A stretch of DNA of 64,000 nt, taken from NCBI GenBank assembly GCA_964016885.1, contig OZ024743.1, forward strand, positions 350,734,001 to 350,798,000. Reading direction: 5' to 3'. The notes under the pieces were generated by a model. The model saw only the letters and a program-made list of their open reading frames with translations. It ran no database searches and was not told where the DNA came from. The position numbers were made by a program, and so were the translations under genes. Position 1 is the stretch's first letter; every line of letters starts with the position of its first letter. Below, in pieces: positions 28,326-39,939 of the stretch. The stretch comes from Eledone cirrhosa. Taxonomy: Eukaryota.

Positions 28326-31300
28326 TTACAGATATATACTCAGAGTCGGCCCATTCACTCGGGCCATTCTTGCTTCTCTCACCCATCTTTCAACAAAATG
28401 CTGGGAAGAGAGCACTTCCCTCTCTACTCTGATTTTCCTTTTCAAATGAAATTTGAAAAAGTCAATCAGAGCATCACCGAAGAGGTAAGTGCTCGTCTTC
28501 AGCCCTTTCAAACGTGTCCACCATACTATCTCTTTCGCCATGGCCACCAGACAGATAAAAACTGCCTGCCCTTCCCGGCTAAAGGAGGAGGGCGGGGCAA
28601 TCCTCACGATGGACTCAGATGATAGCTGGATCCGTCCTAAACGCGACAGCAGGTGTTCGACATAAACCCACAAGTCAGCAATTTTCGGACACTGGACGAG
28701 TGCGTGCAGGACGGTTTCGTCGCCCTGCGCGCATCTCGGACATGCCCGGCTGACGGCACCTCCATGCCTGTAGAGTTTATCCCGAACTGGCAAGGCTCCT
28801 CGGTAGCACTGCCAGGCCAGAGATTTCTGGAAGTTGTCCATAGGCCCTGGCCCGAAAGTTCTTCCGAAGAGATTGGCTAGTTGATTTTCGTCGACGCCTA
28901 GAGTTTCCCCAAGTACGTCGTCGCTCTTCCCCTCCACTAATCCTCTATAGAACGCCGAGGTGGAGTTTCCACCGATCACATTGCCCGATTGGTCGAGGGC
29001 TGTGAGCGCCTGAAGACATTCCAGTCTCCAGGCGCTCCCTCTCGGTCTTCGCTTGACCCAGGACTGCAGCTCCGTCAAGGAAACGAGCTGGGGAAAAACG
29101 CGTCTAGCAAACGGCGACCACACCTGATCACCGTCGAGGAAGAGGTGGAGATGTCGTAGCCTGAGCGCGTGCCTGCGCATCATCAGCCACGGCATGCCCA
29201 GCCCTCCACGTAGCGGGTGTTGACAACAGATGGACCGCCTGACCATCGGAGCACGTCCCTTCCACAAAAAGCGAAAGAGCAAACGCTCCAGCGCAGTCAG
29301 GCGAGGCTTAGGACAAGGTACGACGGTTAGGCGGTAGCAGATGACAGACGCGATGTACGCGTTAGCCACCTCCGCTCGACCTTTCAGGGATAGCTTCCTC
29401 TCCGCCCATTTCTGGGTGAGAGAAGCCACCCTGCTCGTCACCTCGTCCCAGTTTTTGTCCGTCTGGAGGTCCGGACCGAACCAGACCCCTAGCAATTTAA
29501 CCGGTCCGTCCGTCCAGCGCCCGACGACGCTGTTGGACGGCATGGACCTGCCTCTCCAGGTGCCGAGCTGCAGGCCCACTGACTTTTCCTGGTTGATCAT
29601 TGCTCCTGTCACCGCTTCGTATTCTCTTAGTGTAGTGCCGATCGCCTCGATGTGTTTGGCGTTCGACACCACTACGGTGACATCGTCCGCATATGCTGAC
29701 ACGGATCTTCCGCATCCTAGTTCGCGCGGGACTCCCCTCAACGTCTCCAGTTTGTGCAGTAATGGCTCGAGAGTCAATACGTACAAGAGGGACGAGAGGG
29801 GACATCCTTGGCGGACCGAGCGCATGATGTTGAACGGTTCCGACAGGTGACCGTTCACTCTCACCACAGAGCAGATGTCGCTGTGCATGGCAGCGATCCA
29901 GCCTCTGAAGACGGGCCCAAAGCCAGCCGCCCTCAGGACTGCCGCTAGGTAACGATGGTCGACCCTATCGAAAGCTTTCGACTGATCTAAATTGATCAAG
30001 GACCCACCCGTGCCAGGTTCCCTAGCTACCCTCTCTACGATGTATCGCATGAGGTGGAGGTTGTCGTGGATGGATCTGTCGGGAATGGCGCATGTCTGCG
30101 CCTCTCCCACCAGACCACCAACGACAAGCGCCAACCTCTTTGCTAGCACCTTGGCCAAAATCTTAAACTCTGTGTTTAGCAGAGTTATGGGCCGGAAATT
30201 GTCTATGTTATCCCCCTTGTTCGGATCCTTTCTCAGCAGTGCCACCGCTCCTCGGCTCACAGAACTGGGAATTCTCCCGTTCTGTTGCCAGTTGCAGTAG
30301 ACGTCCGCCAAGAGGCCTCCGAACAAGTCTGGCATCTGTACGTAAAGTTCATAGGGCAGACCATCCAAACCAGGCGATTTACCCCTTGTGCAGCCAGTCA
30401 TTGCCTCCCGTACTTCAGCGGCTGTTATCGGCTTTTCGCAACACCTCGCCTCAGTGGCCGAGAGCCGCGGCAGCCCGTCGAGGTAGACACTAAAGTCCAT
30501 CCCTCTACCCGGCCCCCCGCTGCCCCCGAACAGCTGAGCGAAGTGTCGCTGAAAAGCTTCACACATTTGCCCGGGATCGAGTAGCATGCGCCCGTCGTGG
30601 TCCACCAAAGACCGGATCGTGGCTTTGTTGCCACGACGCGCCTCCGCCACTCGGGCCCATTGAACGGCTTTCGTCCCCTCGTGTCTGAGAGCACGCACCC
30701 TAGCTCTGACAACGCAGCCTTCGTGCTTTGCATTGAAGAATTGGTCAAGGGCCAATTTCGCCGCAAGCACGTCGGTCGCAATGCCTTTGCTAAGCGCCTC
30801 GTCTAATTTTCTAACTAGTTCTCCCTCTGCTCTATTTTTCTCTATTGCTAAAGCCTTACTAAACCTAATCGATTCTATTCTAATCGCTCTTTTCAGAGCA
30901 AACCACCACTTGTTGTTGACGATGGCCCCCGTCAACGCCCGCTTAACTAGTTCGCTAATCCGGTCTCTGTAGGCCTTGCGCGCTGGTAAGGACGCGTTTA
31001 GCTTCCAGTAGCCGGGTCCTCGTCTATGAAGCCTATCTAAGTCAAGCACACAGGTCACGAATTTGTGGTCCGTGTAGCTGACTATCTTGAATTGTGGACA
31101 GCCTATGCTAGACCTATCTATTTCCCTACAAAATACTCTATCTAGATATGATCTGGATGACCCTATGCGGTTTGTCCAAGTCCACATTGGCACATTCGGG
31201 AAATCCAATCGGTACCTGTCAGACAGTTCAAAACGCCTGAGCAGGTTGGTGAGGCTCTTGCACCCTCCACCCCTATCCGCTAATCCCACACAGTCCCAGC

Positions 31301-31745
31301 GTGCATCTAAGATCCCGTTCCAGTCGCCCACTAACACTAAAGAGCGGGACGTTCCAAGAAAGGTCTCCAGACGCCGGAAGAAATCAGGCCGCCCTGCTCC
31401 TGTCGGGGCATAGACGGCCACTAGCCTGAAAGATTGCCCGTCTCCGCTGGTCACGTCCAGCACCACCAGCTTACCCTCTGGGTCCAGGAAGATGGCCCGT
31501 ATGGCGAGATCCAAACCTCTCCGAAAAAGTACAGCAACTCCTCCACCGGATCCAGGACGGCTGGGAGATGCGTACACATCGTAGCCGCCGAAGATCGGTG
31601 CGAAGGCCCGTGCTTCGGAGATTCTGGTCTCGCTGATGGCCACTACATCTATGTTTAGTGACCTGAGGTCGTTGAGCAGGTGACCCTGCTTCCATGACGA
31701 CCCCAAGCCACGCGCATTTATGCTGCCTATTCTGAGTGAGGTCAT
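28326..31745 (-). CDS. ORF2 of A6 (EN-RT-zf)
   Basis: 1139 aa, uninterrupted. Confidence 0.97.
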   Translation of the reverse strand: MTSLRIGSINARGLGSSWKQGHLLNDLRSLNIDVVAISETRISEARAFAPIFGGYDVYASPSRPGSGGGVAVLFRRGLDLAIRAIFLDPEGKLVVLDVTSGDGQSFRLVAVYAPTGAGRPDFFRRLETFLGTSRSLVLVGDWNGILDARWDCVGLADRGGGCKSLTNLLRRFELSDRYRLDFPNVPMWTWTNRIGSSRSYLDRVFCREIDRSSIGCPQFKIVSYTDHKFVTCVLDLDRLHRRGPGYWKLNASLPARKAYRDRISELVKRALTGAIVNNKWWFALKRAIRIESIRFSKALAIEKNRAEGELVRKLDEALSKGIATDVLAAKLALDQFFNAKHEGCVVRARVRALRHEGTKAVQWARVAEARRGNKATIRSLVDHDGRMLLDPGQMCEAFQRHFAQLFGGSGGPGRGMDFSVYLDGLPRLSATEARCCEKPITAAEVREAMTGCTRGKSPGLDGLPYELYVQMPDLFGGLLADVYCNWQQNGRIPSSVSRGAVALLRKDPNKGDNIDNFRPITLLNTEFKILAKVLAKRLALVVGGLVGEAQTCAIPDRSIHDNLHLMRYIVERVAREPGTGGSLINLDQSKAFDRVDHRYLAAVLRAAGFGPVFRGWIAAMHSDICSVVRVNGHLSEPFNIMRSVRQGCPLSSLLYVLTLEPLLHKLETLRGVPRELGCGRSVSAYADDVTVVVSNAKHIEAIGTTLREYEAVTGAMINQEKSVGLQLGTWRGRSMPSNSVVGRWTDGPVKLLGVWFGPDLQTDKNWDEVTSRVASLTQKWAERKLSLKGRAEVANAYIASVICYRLTVVPCPKPRLTALERLLFRFLWKGRAPMVRRSICCQHPLRGGLGMPWLMMRRHALRLRHLHLFLDGDQVWSPFARRVFPQLVSLTELQSWVKRRPRGSAWRLECLQALTALDQSGNVIGGNSTSAFYRGLVEGKSDDVLGETLGVDENQLANLFGRTFGPGPMDNFQKSLAWQCYRGALPVRDKLYRHGGAVSRACPRCAQGDETVLHALVQCPKIADLWVYVEHLLSRLGRIQLSSESIVRIAPPSSFSREGQAVFICLVAMAKEIVWWTRLKGLKTSTYLFGDALIDFFKFHLKRKIRVEREVLSSQHFVERWVREARMARVNGPTLSIYL

Positions 31746-31780
31746 GTTTAAAATAGAGTGGAAAAGATGGGAAAGACCAC

Positions 31781-33868
31781 TTACCGTATTTTTGGTAGAG
31801 GAGGGATGGTTTTTACATCCCTTTTCACTTGATCGTCTGGTGAAGGGACCGTTGAATCGTCCCTTCGGCTGGTCGTCGGCTCTTCTAAGAGAATGTCTGA
31901 ATATACTCTTCGATTAATGGTTCCTCCTAGGTTCCTGAAATCACCAACTGCGTTGGGGAATTTCGTTTTAATGTTTGTGTATTGTTTCTGTGCTATTTTT
32001 AGCAGTCTTATGTTAGTTGGCGTTTTGATTGGTGCTGGTATTATGTAGTCCTGTTGTGAAATGTCTGTGTGTTCAATTATGTAAGTCATTAGTTTCTTGT
32101 TGTGTGTGTTTATTGCCGTGCATTTGTTTTTCTGGGGGTGGGGTGTGGTTCTGCTATTTTCTTGTCGTTGTTGCTGGGTGTGTGTGTTTTGTTGTTGTGT
32201 TTGCGATGTTGGTGCTTGTGGTGTTGAAGGTGTTGTTGGCGGTGGGGTTGTCGCCGGTGGTGATGGTGGTGCTGGTGTGGGTGGTGATGGTGTTGGTGGT
32301 GTTGCTGCTGTGGGTCTCTTTGCAGTAGACTTTACCCTTTTCTCATTTCTTTCCTCCCTTTTCAAAGGCGACGATGCGCTGCTTCTGCGTTTGTGCCTTC
32401 TTGAGACCTTTTGCCATCCCTCTCCCACCTCACACTCCATGTCTGATTCTGTAAGGTCGGGGAGGGGTACCAGCTCCACTCTTTCACTTGTTGTTGTTGG
32501 TGATGTTTGCACTGGAGTCTCTGTTGCAGCTGCATTTGGTATTGCTGTTGTTGTTGTTAATATTTCCACTGCTGCTGCTGTCTTTGATTTCCGTGGAGTG
32601 GGTATGGGTGCCACGGACCTATCGTTCCTGGTTGCCGCTTGTCCTGTTGCTGGTAGCCGTGGAACCGGATTCGGGAGGAGGGGGGTTTTCTCCTTTCTCA
32701 GGGTCTTCTCGTTGCAGAAGGCCCTGAGGTGAGTCTTCGATCCACAGCGAAAGCATTTCGGGCGTTTGCCCTCAACACTTATGGGCAGTTGAGTGCCGTT
32801 ATCGAAGTCTATCACATCCGGGATAGCTTCGATGCACTCCTGGTTGGTTTGGATTAGCATCTCAATGGAGGAGCCGACCCAATCTTCTCTTACTTTTTTC
32901 TGTACTTGCAGTACAGTTGTTTTGTCCTCGATTCCGACGAGGACAGACGCGGCCAGCCAAGAAGGGGTCATTCCGGGGGGGACGTGGGTCAGTTTGACCC
33001 TCACAATTTTTTGCCCGCAGTAGGAGGGCACCAACACCATTTCCTCGCTCCTTAGGGTCACTACTGATTGGGCCTTTGCCTCCTGGGGTGTGGCAAAAAG
33101 TACGTCTACGGTGGCGTATTTTTTGCCTCGGGTGATGTGCGTTTTCCTCTGCCACACAGACCCCAAGGCTTTTTGTATTTGGGCCTCTGTGGCTCTTTCC
33201 ACCCTACGGGATTTTGTACTTACTGTACGGTACGTGACCGTACAGTGCTCTTGGGTTTCGAAAAAATTTTTCGCTGCCTTGCAGATTGCTCGGTGTCCGT
33301 TCTTTGTCACCATCTTCTTCGCTTCCTCTAATTCCTCATTTGTTATGAGGATTGTTTCCAGGTTTTTCGCAATACCTGCAAATGAGATTGGTTTTTCTCT
33401 GCTGTTGTTGTTGTCGTCAGAGCTGCTGGTACTTTTGTTGTTGCTGCAGGTACTACGACTACTGCCTCCGCCGCTGTTGCTGTGGTTGTTGTTGGTGTTG
33501 CTGCTGCTAATGCTGTTGTTGTTTATGCTGCTGGTGATGCTGTTGCGGCTGCTACTGTTGTTTTCATTGTCACTGTTGCTGTTGTTATTACGGCTGCTAC
33601 TGCTATTATTCCTGACGTCAGACGAATGAACTGGGTTTTCGTATTTCCCGCACACCTGTTTCGTCGCTGTCGTCGTCGTCGTGGAGAAACCTTGCACGCT
33701 TTGCACGAGACTTTTCTTTTCTTTCGTCACTTGCGAAAGAGAAGGGAGGGAGAGAGACACATTTAAAGAAGGGAGGGAGAGAGACAATCTTCTCTCTGCT
33801 GTAGTGATGATTGAGGAAGAAGACGGAATGAGTGGGAGTGACGTATGAAAATTCTTTTTCGTAGCCAT
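31781..33868 (-). CDS. ORF1 of A6
   Basis: ATG at 33868; intact. Confidence 0.9.
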   Translation of the reverse strand: MATKKNFHTSLPLIPSSSSIITTAERRLSLSLPSLNVSLSLPSLSQVTKEKKSLVQSVQGFSTTTTTATKQVCGKYENPVHSSDVRNNSSSSRNNNSNSDNENNSSSRNSITSSINNNSISSSNTNNNHSNSGGGSSRSTCSNNKSTSSSDDNNNSREKPISFAGIAKNLETILITNEELEEAKKMVTKNGHRAICKAAKNFFETQEHCTVTYRTVSTKSRRVERATEAQIQKALGSVWQRKTHITRGKKYATVDVLFATPQEAKAQSVVTLRSEEMVLVPSYCGQKIVRVKLTHVPPGMTPSWLAASVLVGIEDKTTVLQVQKKVREDWVGSSIEMLIQTNQECIEAIPDVIDFDNGTQLPISVEGKRPKCFRCGSKTHLRAFCNEKTLRKEKTPLLPNPVPRLPATGQAATRNDRSVAPIPTPRKSKTAAAVEILTTTTAIPNAAATETPVQTSPTTTSERVELVPLPDLTESDMECEVGEGWQKVSRRHKRRSSASSPLKREERNEKRVKSTAKRPTAATPPTPSPPTPAPPSPPATTPPPTTPSTPQAPTSQTQQQNTHTQQQRQENSRTTPHPQKNKCTAINTHNKKLMTYIIEHTDISQQDYIIPAPIKTPTNIRLLKIAQKQYTNIKTKFPNAVGDFRNLGGTINRRVYSDILLEEPTTSRRDDSTVPSPDDQVKRDVKTIPPLPKIR

Positions 33869-34083
33869 GTTTTTTTTTTGTTTAAAATAAATATTGGGCA
33901 CAAAACCCCAATAAGCGGTTATTTAACCCCGAAGGGCTAAATAACGGGCAGAAAGACCCCTCTCACGAGGAGGAGGGTGTTTTTGTCTACAAGTTGGTTA
34001 AAGTTTTAAACAATTTACAATTGTTATAGCGGTCAAAATTTACAATACCTTACAGAGCCGAGCCTCCGTCAACCATAGCATTC

Positions 34084-34128
<45 letters not shown>
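34084..34128. repeat. (AAT)15 junction tract
   Basis: 45 nt of pure AAT. Confidence 0.97.
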
Positions 34129-34130
<2 letters not shown>

Positions 34131-34390
34131 TTTCTTTATTAACCACAAGGGTTTACATAAAGTAGACATTAAGGACAGTGCAGGACAATGCAGGACGGTA
34201 CAAATGGGCATTTCTGCGTGTAAAAAAACAAAAACAGAGGATGTAACAAAAATAACAATGAAAATAACAATGAAAAATTCCCCAATAGGGGGGAGACTTC
34301 GGAGGGACATTTGTGGAGAAAGCCCAGTAAAAAGCCACAATGACCCTGACCACCAAGGCAAGTGCCCTCTCCCAGTTTTCCACCTTTAGT

Positions 34391-37300
34391 TTACAGATAT
34401 ATACTCAGAGTCGGCCCATTCACTCGGGCCATTCTTGCTTCTCTCACCCATCTTTCAACAAAATGCTGGGAAGAGAGCACTTCCCTCTCTACTCTGATTT
34501 TCCTTTTCAAATGAAATTTGAAAAAGTCAATCAGAGCATCACCGAAGAGGTAAGTGCTCGTCTTCAGCCCTTTCAAACGTGTCCACCATACTATCTCTTT
34601 CGCCATGGCCACCAGACAGATAAAAACTGCCTGCCCTTCCCGGCTAAAGGAGGAGGGCGGGGCAATCCTCACGATGGACTCAGATGATAGCTGGATCCGT
34701 CCTAAACGCGACAGCAGGTGTTCGACATAAACCCACAAGTCAGCAATTTTCGGACACTGGACGAGTGCGTGCAGGACGGTTTCGTCGCCCTGCGCGCATC
34801 TCGGACATGCCCGGCTGACGGCACCTCCATGCCTGTAGAGTTTATCCCGAACTGGCAAGGCTCCTCGGTAGCACTGCCAGGCCAGAGATTTCTGGAAGTT
34901 GTCCATAGGCCCCGGCCCGAAAGTTCTTCCGAAGAGATTGGCTAGTTGATTTTCGTCGACGCCTAGAGTTTCCCCAAGTACGTCGTCGCTCTTCCCCTCC
35001 ACTAATCCTCTATAGAACGCCGAGGTGGAGTTTCCACCGATCACATTGCCCGATTGGTCGAGGGCTGTGAGCGCCTGAAGACATTCCAGTCTCCAGGCGC
35101 TCCCTCTCGGTCTTCGCTTGACCCAGGACTGCAGCTCCGTCAAGGAAACGAGCTGGGGAAAAACGCGTCTAGCAAACGGCGACCACACCTGATCACCGTC
35201 GAGGAAGAGGTGGAGATGTCGTAGCCTGAGCGCGTGCCTGCGCATCATCAGCCACGGCATGCCCAGCCCTCCACGTAGCGGGTGTTGACAACAGATGGAC
35301 CGCCTGACCATCGGAGCACGTCCCTTCCACAAAAAGCGAAAGAGCAAACGCTCCAGCGCAGTCAGGCGAGGCTTAGGACAAGGTACGACGGTTAGGCGGT
35401 AGCAGATGACAGACGCGATGTACGCGTTAGCCACCTCCGCTCGACCTTTCAGGGATAGCTTCCTCTCCGCCCATTTCTGGGTGAGAGAAGCCACCCTGCT
35501 CGTCACCTCGTCCCAGTTTTTGTCCGTCTGGAGGTCCGGACCGAACCAGACCCCTAGCAATTTAACCGGTCCGTCCGTCCAGCGCCCGACGACGCTGTTG
35601 GACGGCATGGACCTGCCTCTCCAGGTGCCGAGCTGCAGGCCCACTGACTTTTCCTGGTTGATCATTGCTCCTGTCACCGCTTCGTATTCTCTTAGTGTAG
35701 TGCCGATCGCCTCGATGTGTTTGGCGTTCGACACCACTACGGTGACATCGTCCGCATATGCTGACACGGATCTTCCGCATCCTAGTTCGCGCGGGACTCC
35801 CCTCAACGTCTCCAGTTTGTGCAGTAATGGCTCGAGAGTCAATACGTACAAGAGGGACGAGAGGGGACATCCTTGGCGGACCGAGCGCATGATGTTGAAC
35901 GGTTCCGACAGGTGACCGTTCACTCTCACCACAGAGCAGATGTCGCTGTGCATGGCAGCGATCCAGCCTCTGAAGACGGGCCCAAAGCCAGCCGCCCTCA
36001 GGACTGCCGCTAGGTAACGATGGTCGACCCTATCGAAAGCTTTCGACTGATCTAAATTGATCAAGGACCCACCCGTGCCAGGTTCCCTAGCTACCCTCTC
36101 TACGATGTATCGCATGAGGTGGAGGTTGTCGTGGATGGATCTGTCGGGAATGGCGCATGTCTGCGCCTCTCCCACCAGACCACCAACGACAAGCGCCAAC
36201 CTCTTTGCTAGCACCTTGGCCAAAATCTTAAACTCTGTGTTTAGCAGAGTTATGGGCCTGAAATTGTCTATGTTATCCCCCTTGTTCGGATCCTTTCTCA
36301 GCAGTGCCACCGCTCCTCGGCTCACAGAACTGGGAATTCTCCCGTTCTGTTGCCAGTTGCAGTAGACGTCCGCCAAGAGGCCTCCGAACAAGTCTGGCAT
36401 CTGTACGTAAAGTTCATAGGGCAGACCATCCAAACCAGGCGATTTACCCCTTGTGCAGCCAGTCATTGCCTCCCGTACTTCAGCGGCTGTTATCGGCTTT
36501 TCGCAACACTTCGCCTCAGTGGCCGAGAGCCGCGGCAGTCCGTCGAGGTAGACACTAAAGTCCATCCCTCTACCCGGCCCCCCGCTGCCCCCGAACAGCT
36601 GAGCGAAGTGTCGCTGAAAAGCTTCACACATTTGCCCGGGATCGAGTAGCATGCGCCCGTCGTGGTCCACCAAAGACCGGATCGTGGCTTTGTTGCCACG
36701 ACGCGCCTCCGCCACTCGGGCCCATTGAACGGCTTTCGTCCCCTCGTGTCTGAGAGCACGCACCCTAGCTCTGACAACGCAGCCTTCGTGCTTTGCATTG
36801 AAGAATTGGTCAAGGGCCAATTTCGCCGCAAGCACGTCGGTCGCAATGCCTTTGCTAAGCGCCTCGTCTAATTTTCTAACTAGTTCTCCCTCTGCTCTAT
36901 TTTTCTCTATTGCTAAAGCCTTACTAAACCTAATCGATTCTATTCTAATCGCTCTTTTCAGAGCAAACCACCACTTGTTGTTGACGATGGCCCCCGTCAA
37001 CGCCCGCTTAACTAGTTCGCTAATCCGGTCTCTGTAGGCCTTGCGCGCTGGTAAGGACGCGTTTAGCTTCCAGTAGCCGGGTCCTCGTCTATGAAGCCTA
37101 TCTAAGTCAAGCACACAGATCACGAATTTGTGGTCCGTGTAGCTGACTATCTTGAATTGTGGACAGCCTATGCTAGACCTATCTATTTCCCTACAAAATA
37201 CTCTATCTAGATATGATCTGGATGACCCTATGCGGTTTGTCCAAGTCCACATTGGCACATTCGGGAAATCCAATCGGTACCTGTCAGACAGTTCAAAACG

Positions 37301-37810
37301 CCTGAGCAGGTTGGTGAGGCTCTTGCACCCTCCACCCCTATCCGCTAATCCCACACAGTCCCAGCGTGCATCTAAGATCCCGTTCCAGTCGCCCACTAAC
37401 ACTAAAGAGCGCGACGTTCCAAGAAAGGTCTCCAGACGCCGGAAGAAATCAGGCCGCCCTGCTCCTGTCGGGGCATAGACGGCCACTAGCCTGAAAGCTT
37501 GCCCGTCTCCGCTGGTCACGTCCAGCACCACCAGCTTACCCTCTGGGTCCAGGAAGATGGCCCGTATGGCGAGATCCAAACCTCTCCGAAAAAGCACAGC
37601 AACTCCTCCACCCGATCCAGGACGGCTGGGAGATGCGTACACATCGTAGCCGCCGAAGATCGGTGCGAAGGCCCGTGCTTCGGAGATTCTGGTCTCGCTG
37701 ATGGCCACTACATCTATGTTTAGTGACCTGAGGTCGTTGAGCAGGTGACCCTGCTTCCATGACGACCCCAAGCCACGCGCATTTATGCTGCCTATTCTGA
37801 GTGAGGTCAT
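34391..37810 (-). CDS. ORF2 of A7 (EN-RT-zf)
   Basis: 1139 aa, uninterrupted. Confidence 0.97.
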   Translation of the reverse strand: MTSLRIGSINARGLGSSWKQGHLLNDLRSLNIDVVAISETRISEARAFAPIFGGYDVYASPSRPGSGGGVAVLFRRGLDLAIRAIFLDPEGKLVVLDVTSGDGQAFRLVAVYAPTGAGRPDFFRRLETFLGTSRSLVLVGDWNGILDARWDCVGLADRGGGCKSLTNLLRRFELSDRYRLDFPNVPMWTWTNRIGSSRSYLDRVFCREIDRSSIGCPQFKIVSYTDHKFVICVLDLDRLHRRGPGYWKLNASLPARKAYRDRISELVKRALTGAIVNNKWWFALKRAIRIESIRFSKALAIEKNRAEGELVRKLDEALSKGIATDVLAAKLALDQFFNAKHEGCVVRARVRALRHEGTKAVQWARVAEARRGNKATIRSLVDHDGRMLLDPGQMCEAFQRHFAQLFGGSGGPGRGMDFSVYLDGLPRLSATEAKCCEKPITAAEVREAMTGCTRGKSPGLDGLPYELYVQMPDLFGGLLADVYCNWQQNGRIPSSVSRGAVALLRKDPNKGDNIDNFRPITLLNTEFKILAKVLAKRLALVVGGLVGEAQTCAIPDRSIHDNLHLMRYIVERVAREPGTGGSLINLDQSKAFDRVDHRYLAAVLRAAGFGPVFRGWIAAMHSDICSVVRVNGHLSEPFNIMRSVRQGCPLSSLLYVLTLEPLLHKLETLRGVPRELGCGRSVSAYADDVTVVVSNAKHIEAIGTTLREYEAVTGAMINQEKSVGLQLGTWRGRSMPSNSVVGRWTDGPVKLLGVWFGPDLQTDKNWDEVTSRVASLTQKWAERKLSLKGRAEVANAYIASVICYRLTVVPCPKPRLTALERLLFRFLWKGRAPMVRRSICCQHPLRGGLGMPWLMMRRHALRLRHLHLFLDGDQVWSPFARRVFPQLVSLTELQSWVKRRPRGSAWRLECLQALTALDQSGNVIGGNSTSAFYRGLVEGKSDDVLGETLGVDENQLANLFGRTFGPGPMDNFQKSLAWQCYRGALPVRDKLYRHGGAVSRACPRCAQGDETVLHALVQCPKIADLWVYVEHLLSRLGRIQLSSESIVRIAPPSSFSREGQAVFICLVAMAKEIVWWTRLKGLKTSTYLFGDALIDFFKFHLKRKIRVEREVLSSQHFVERWVREARMARVNGPTLSIYL

Positions 37811-37845
37811 GTTTAAAATAGAGTGGAAAAGATGGGAAAGACCAC

Positions 37846-39939
37846 TTACCGTATTTTTGGTAGAGGAGGGATGGTTTTTACATCCCTTTTCACTTGATCG
37901 TCTGGTGAAGGGACCGTTGAATCGTCCCTTCGGCTGGTCGTCGGCTCTTCTAAGAGAATGTCTGAATATACTCTTCGATTAATGGTTCCTCCTAGGTCCC
38001 TGAAATCACCAACTGCGTTGGGGAATTTCGTTTTAATGTTTGTGTATTGTTTCTGTGCTATTTTTAGCAGTCTTATGTTAGTTGGCGTTTTGATTGGTGC
38101 TGGTATTATGTAGTCCTGTTGTGAAATGTCTGTGTGTTCAATTATGTAAGTCATTAGTTTCTTGTTGTGTGTGTTTATTGCCGTGCATTTGTTTTTCTGG
38201 GGGTGGGGTGTGGTTCTGCTATTTTCTTGTCGTTGTTGCTGGGTGTGTGTGTTTTGTTGTTGTGTTTGCGATGTTGGTGCTTGTGGTGGTGGTGTTGAAG
38301 GTGTTGTTGGCGGTGGGGTTGTCGCCGGTGGTGATGGTGGTGCTGGTGTGGGTGGTGATGGTGTTGGTGGTGTTGCTGCTGTGGGTCTCTTTGCAGTAGA
38401 CTTTACCCTTTTCTCATTTCTTTCCTCCCTTTTCAAAGGCGACGATGCGCTGCTTCTGCGTTTGTGCCTTCTTGAGACCTTTTGCCATCCCTCTCCCACC
38501 TCACACTCCATGTCTGATTCTGTAAGGTCGGGGAGGGGTACCAGCTCCACTCTTTCACTTGTTGTTGTTGGTGATGTTTGCACTGGAGTCTCTGTTGCAG
38601 CTGCATTTGGTATTGCTGTTGTTGTTGTTAATATTTCCACTGCTGCTGCTGTCTTTGATTTCCGTGGAGTGGGTATGGGTGCCACGGACCTATCGTTCCT
38701 GGTTGCCGCTTGTCCTGTTGCTGGTAGCCGTGGAACCGGATTCGGGAGGAGGGGGGTTTTCTCCTTTCTCAGGGTCTTCTCGTTGCAGAAGGCCCTGAGG
38801 TGAGTCTTCGATCCACAGCGAAAGCATTTCGGGCGTTTGCCCTCAACACTTATGGGCAGTTGAGTGCCGTTATCGAAGTCTATCACATCCGGGATAGCTT
38901 CGATGCACTCCTGGTTGGTTTGGATTAGCATCTCAATGGAGGAGCCGACCCAATCTTCTCTTACTTTTTTCTGTACTTGCAGTACAGTTGTTTTGTCCTC
39001 GATTCCGACGAGGACAGACGCGGCCAGCCAAGAAGGGGTCATTCCGGGGGGGACGTGGGTCAGTTTGACCCTCACAATTTTTTGCCCGCAGTAGGAGGGC
39101 ACCAACACCATTTCCTCGCTCCTTAGGGTCACTACTGATTGGGCCTTTGCCTCCTGGGGTGTGGCAAAAAGTACGTCTACGGTGGCGTATTTTTTGCCTC
39201 GGGTGATGTGCGTTTTCCTCTGCCACACAGACCCCAAGGCTTTTTGTATTTGGGCCTCTGTGGCTCTTTCCACCCTACGGGATTTTGTACTTACTGTACG
39301 GTACGTGACCGTACAGTGCTCTTGGGTTTCGAAAAAATTTTTCGCTGCCTTGCAGATTGCTCGGTGTCCGTTCTTTGTCACCATCTTCTTCGCTTCCTCT
39401 AATTCCTCATTTGTTATGAGGATTGTTTCCAGGTTTTTCGCAATACCTGCAAATGAGATTGGTTTTTCTCTGCTGTTGTTGTTGTCGTCAGAGCTGCTGG
39501 TACTTTTGTTGTTGCTGCAGGTACTACGACTACTGCCTCCGCCGCTGTTGCTGTGGTTGTTGTTGGTGTTGCTGCTGCTAATGCTGTTGTTGTTTATGCT
39601 GCTGGTGATGCTGTTGCGGCTGCTACTGTTGTTTTCATTGTCACTGTTGCTGTTGTTATTACGGCTGCTACTGCTATTATTCCTGACGTCAGACGAATGA
39701 ACTGGGTTTTCGTATTTCCCGCACACCTGTTTCGTCGCTGTCGTCGTCGTCGTGGAGAAACCTTGCACGCTTTGCACGAGACTTTTCTTTTCTTTCGTCA
39801 CTTGCGAAAGAGAAGGGAGGGAGAGAGACACATTTAAAGAAGGGAGGGAGAGAGACAATCTTCTCTCTGCTGTAGTGATGATTGAGGAAGAAGACGGAAT
39901 GAGTGGGAGTGACGTATGAAAATTCTTTTTCGTAGCCAT
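37846..39939 (-). CDS. ORF1 of A7
   Basis: ATG at 39939; intact. Confidence 0.9.
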   Translation of the reverse strand: MATKKNFHTSLPLIPSSSSIITTAERRLSLSLPSLNVSLSLPSLSQVTKEKKSLVQSVQGFSTTTTTATKQVCGKYENPVHSSDVRNNSSSSRNNNSNSDNENNSSSRNSITSSINNNSISSSNTNNNHSNSGGGSSRSTCSNNKSTSSSDDNNNSREKPISFAGIAKNLETILITNEELEEAKKMVTKNGHRAICKAAKNFFETQEHCTVTYRTVSTKSRRVERATEAQIQKALGSVWQRKTHITRGKKYATVDVLFATPQEAKAQSVVTLRSEEMVLVPSYCGQKIVRVKLTHVPPGMTPSWLAASVLVGIEDKTTVLQVQKKVREDWVGSSIEMLIQTNQECIEAIPDVIDFDNGTQLPISVEGKRPKCFRCGSKTHLRAFCNEKTLRKEKTPLLPNPVPRLPATGQAATRNDRSVAPIPTPRKSKTAAAVEILTTTTAIPNAAATETPVQTSPTTTSERVELVPLPDLTESDMECEVGEGWQKVSRRHKRRSSASSPLKREERNEKRVKSTAKRPTAATPPTPSPPTPAPPSPPATTPPPTTPSTPPPQAPTSQTQQQNTHTQQQRQENSRTTPHPQKNKCTAINTHNKKLMTYIIEHTDISQQDYIIPAPIKTPTNIRLLKIAQKQYTNIKTKFPNAVGDFRDLGGTINRRVYSDILLEEPTTSRRDDSTVPSPDDQVKRDVKTIPPLPKIR

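Larger units (their letters stand above)
28064..34083 (-). mobile_element. Tx1-clade LINE family A, full-length copy A6
   Basis: Same organisation as A2. Confidence 0.96.
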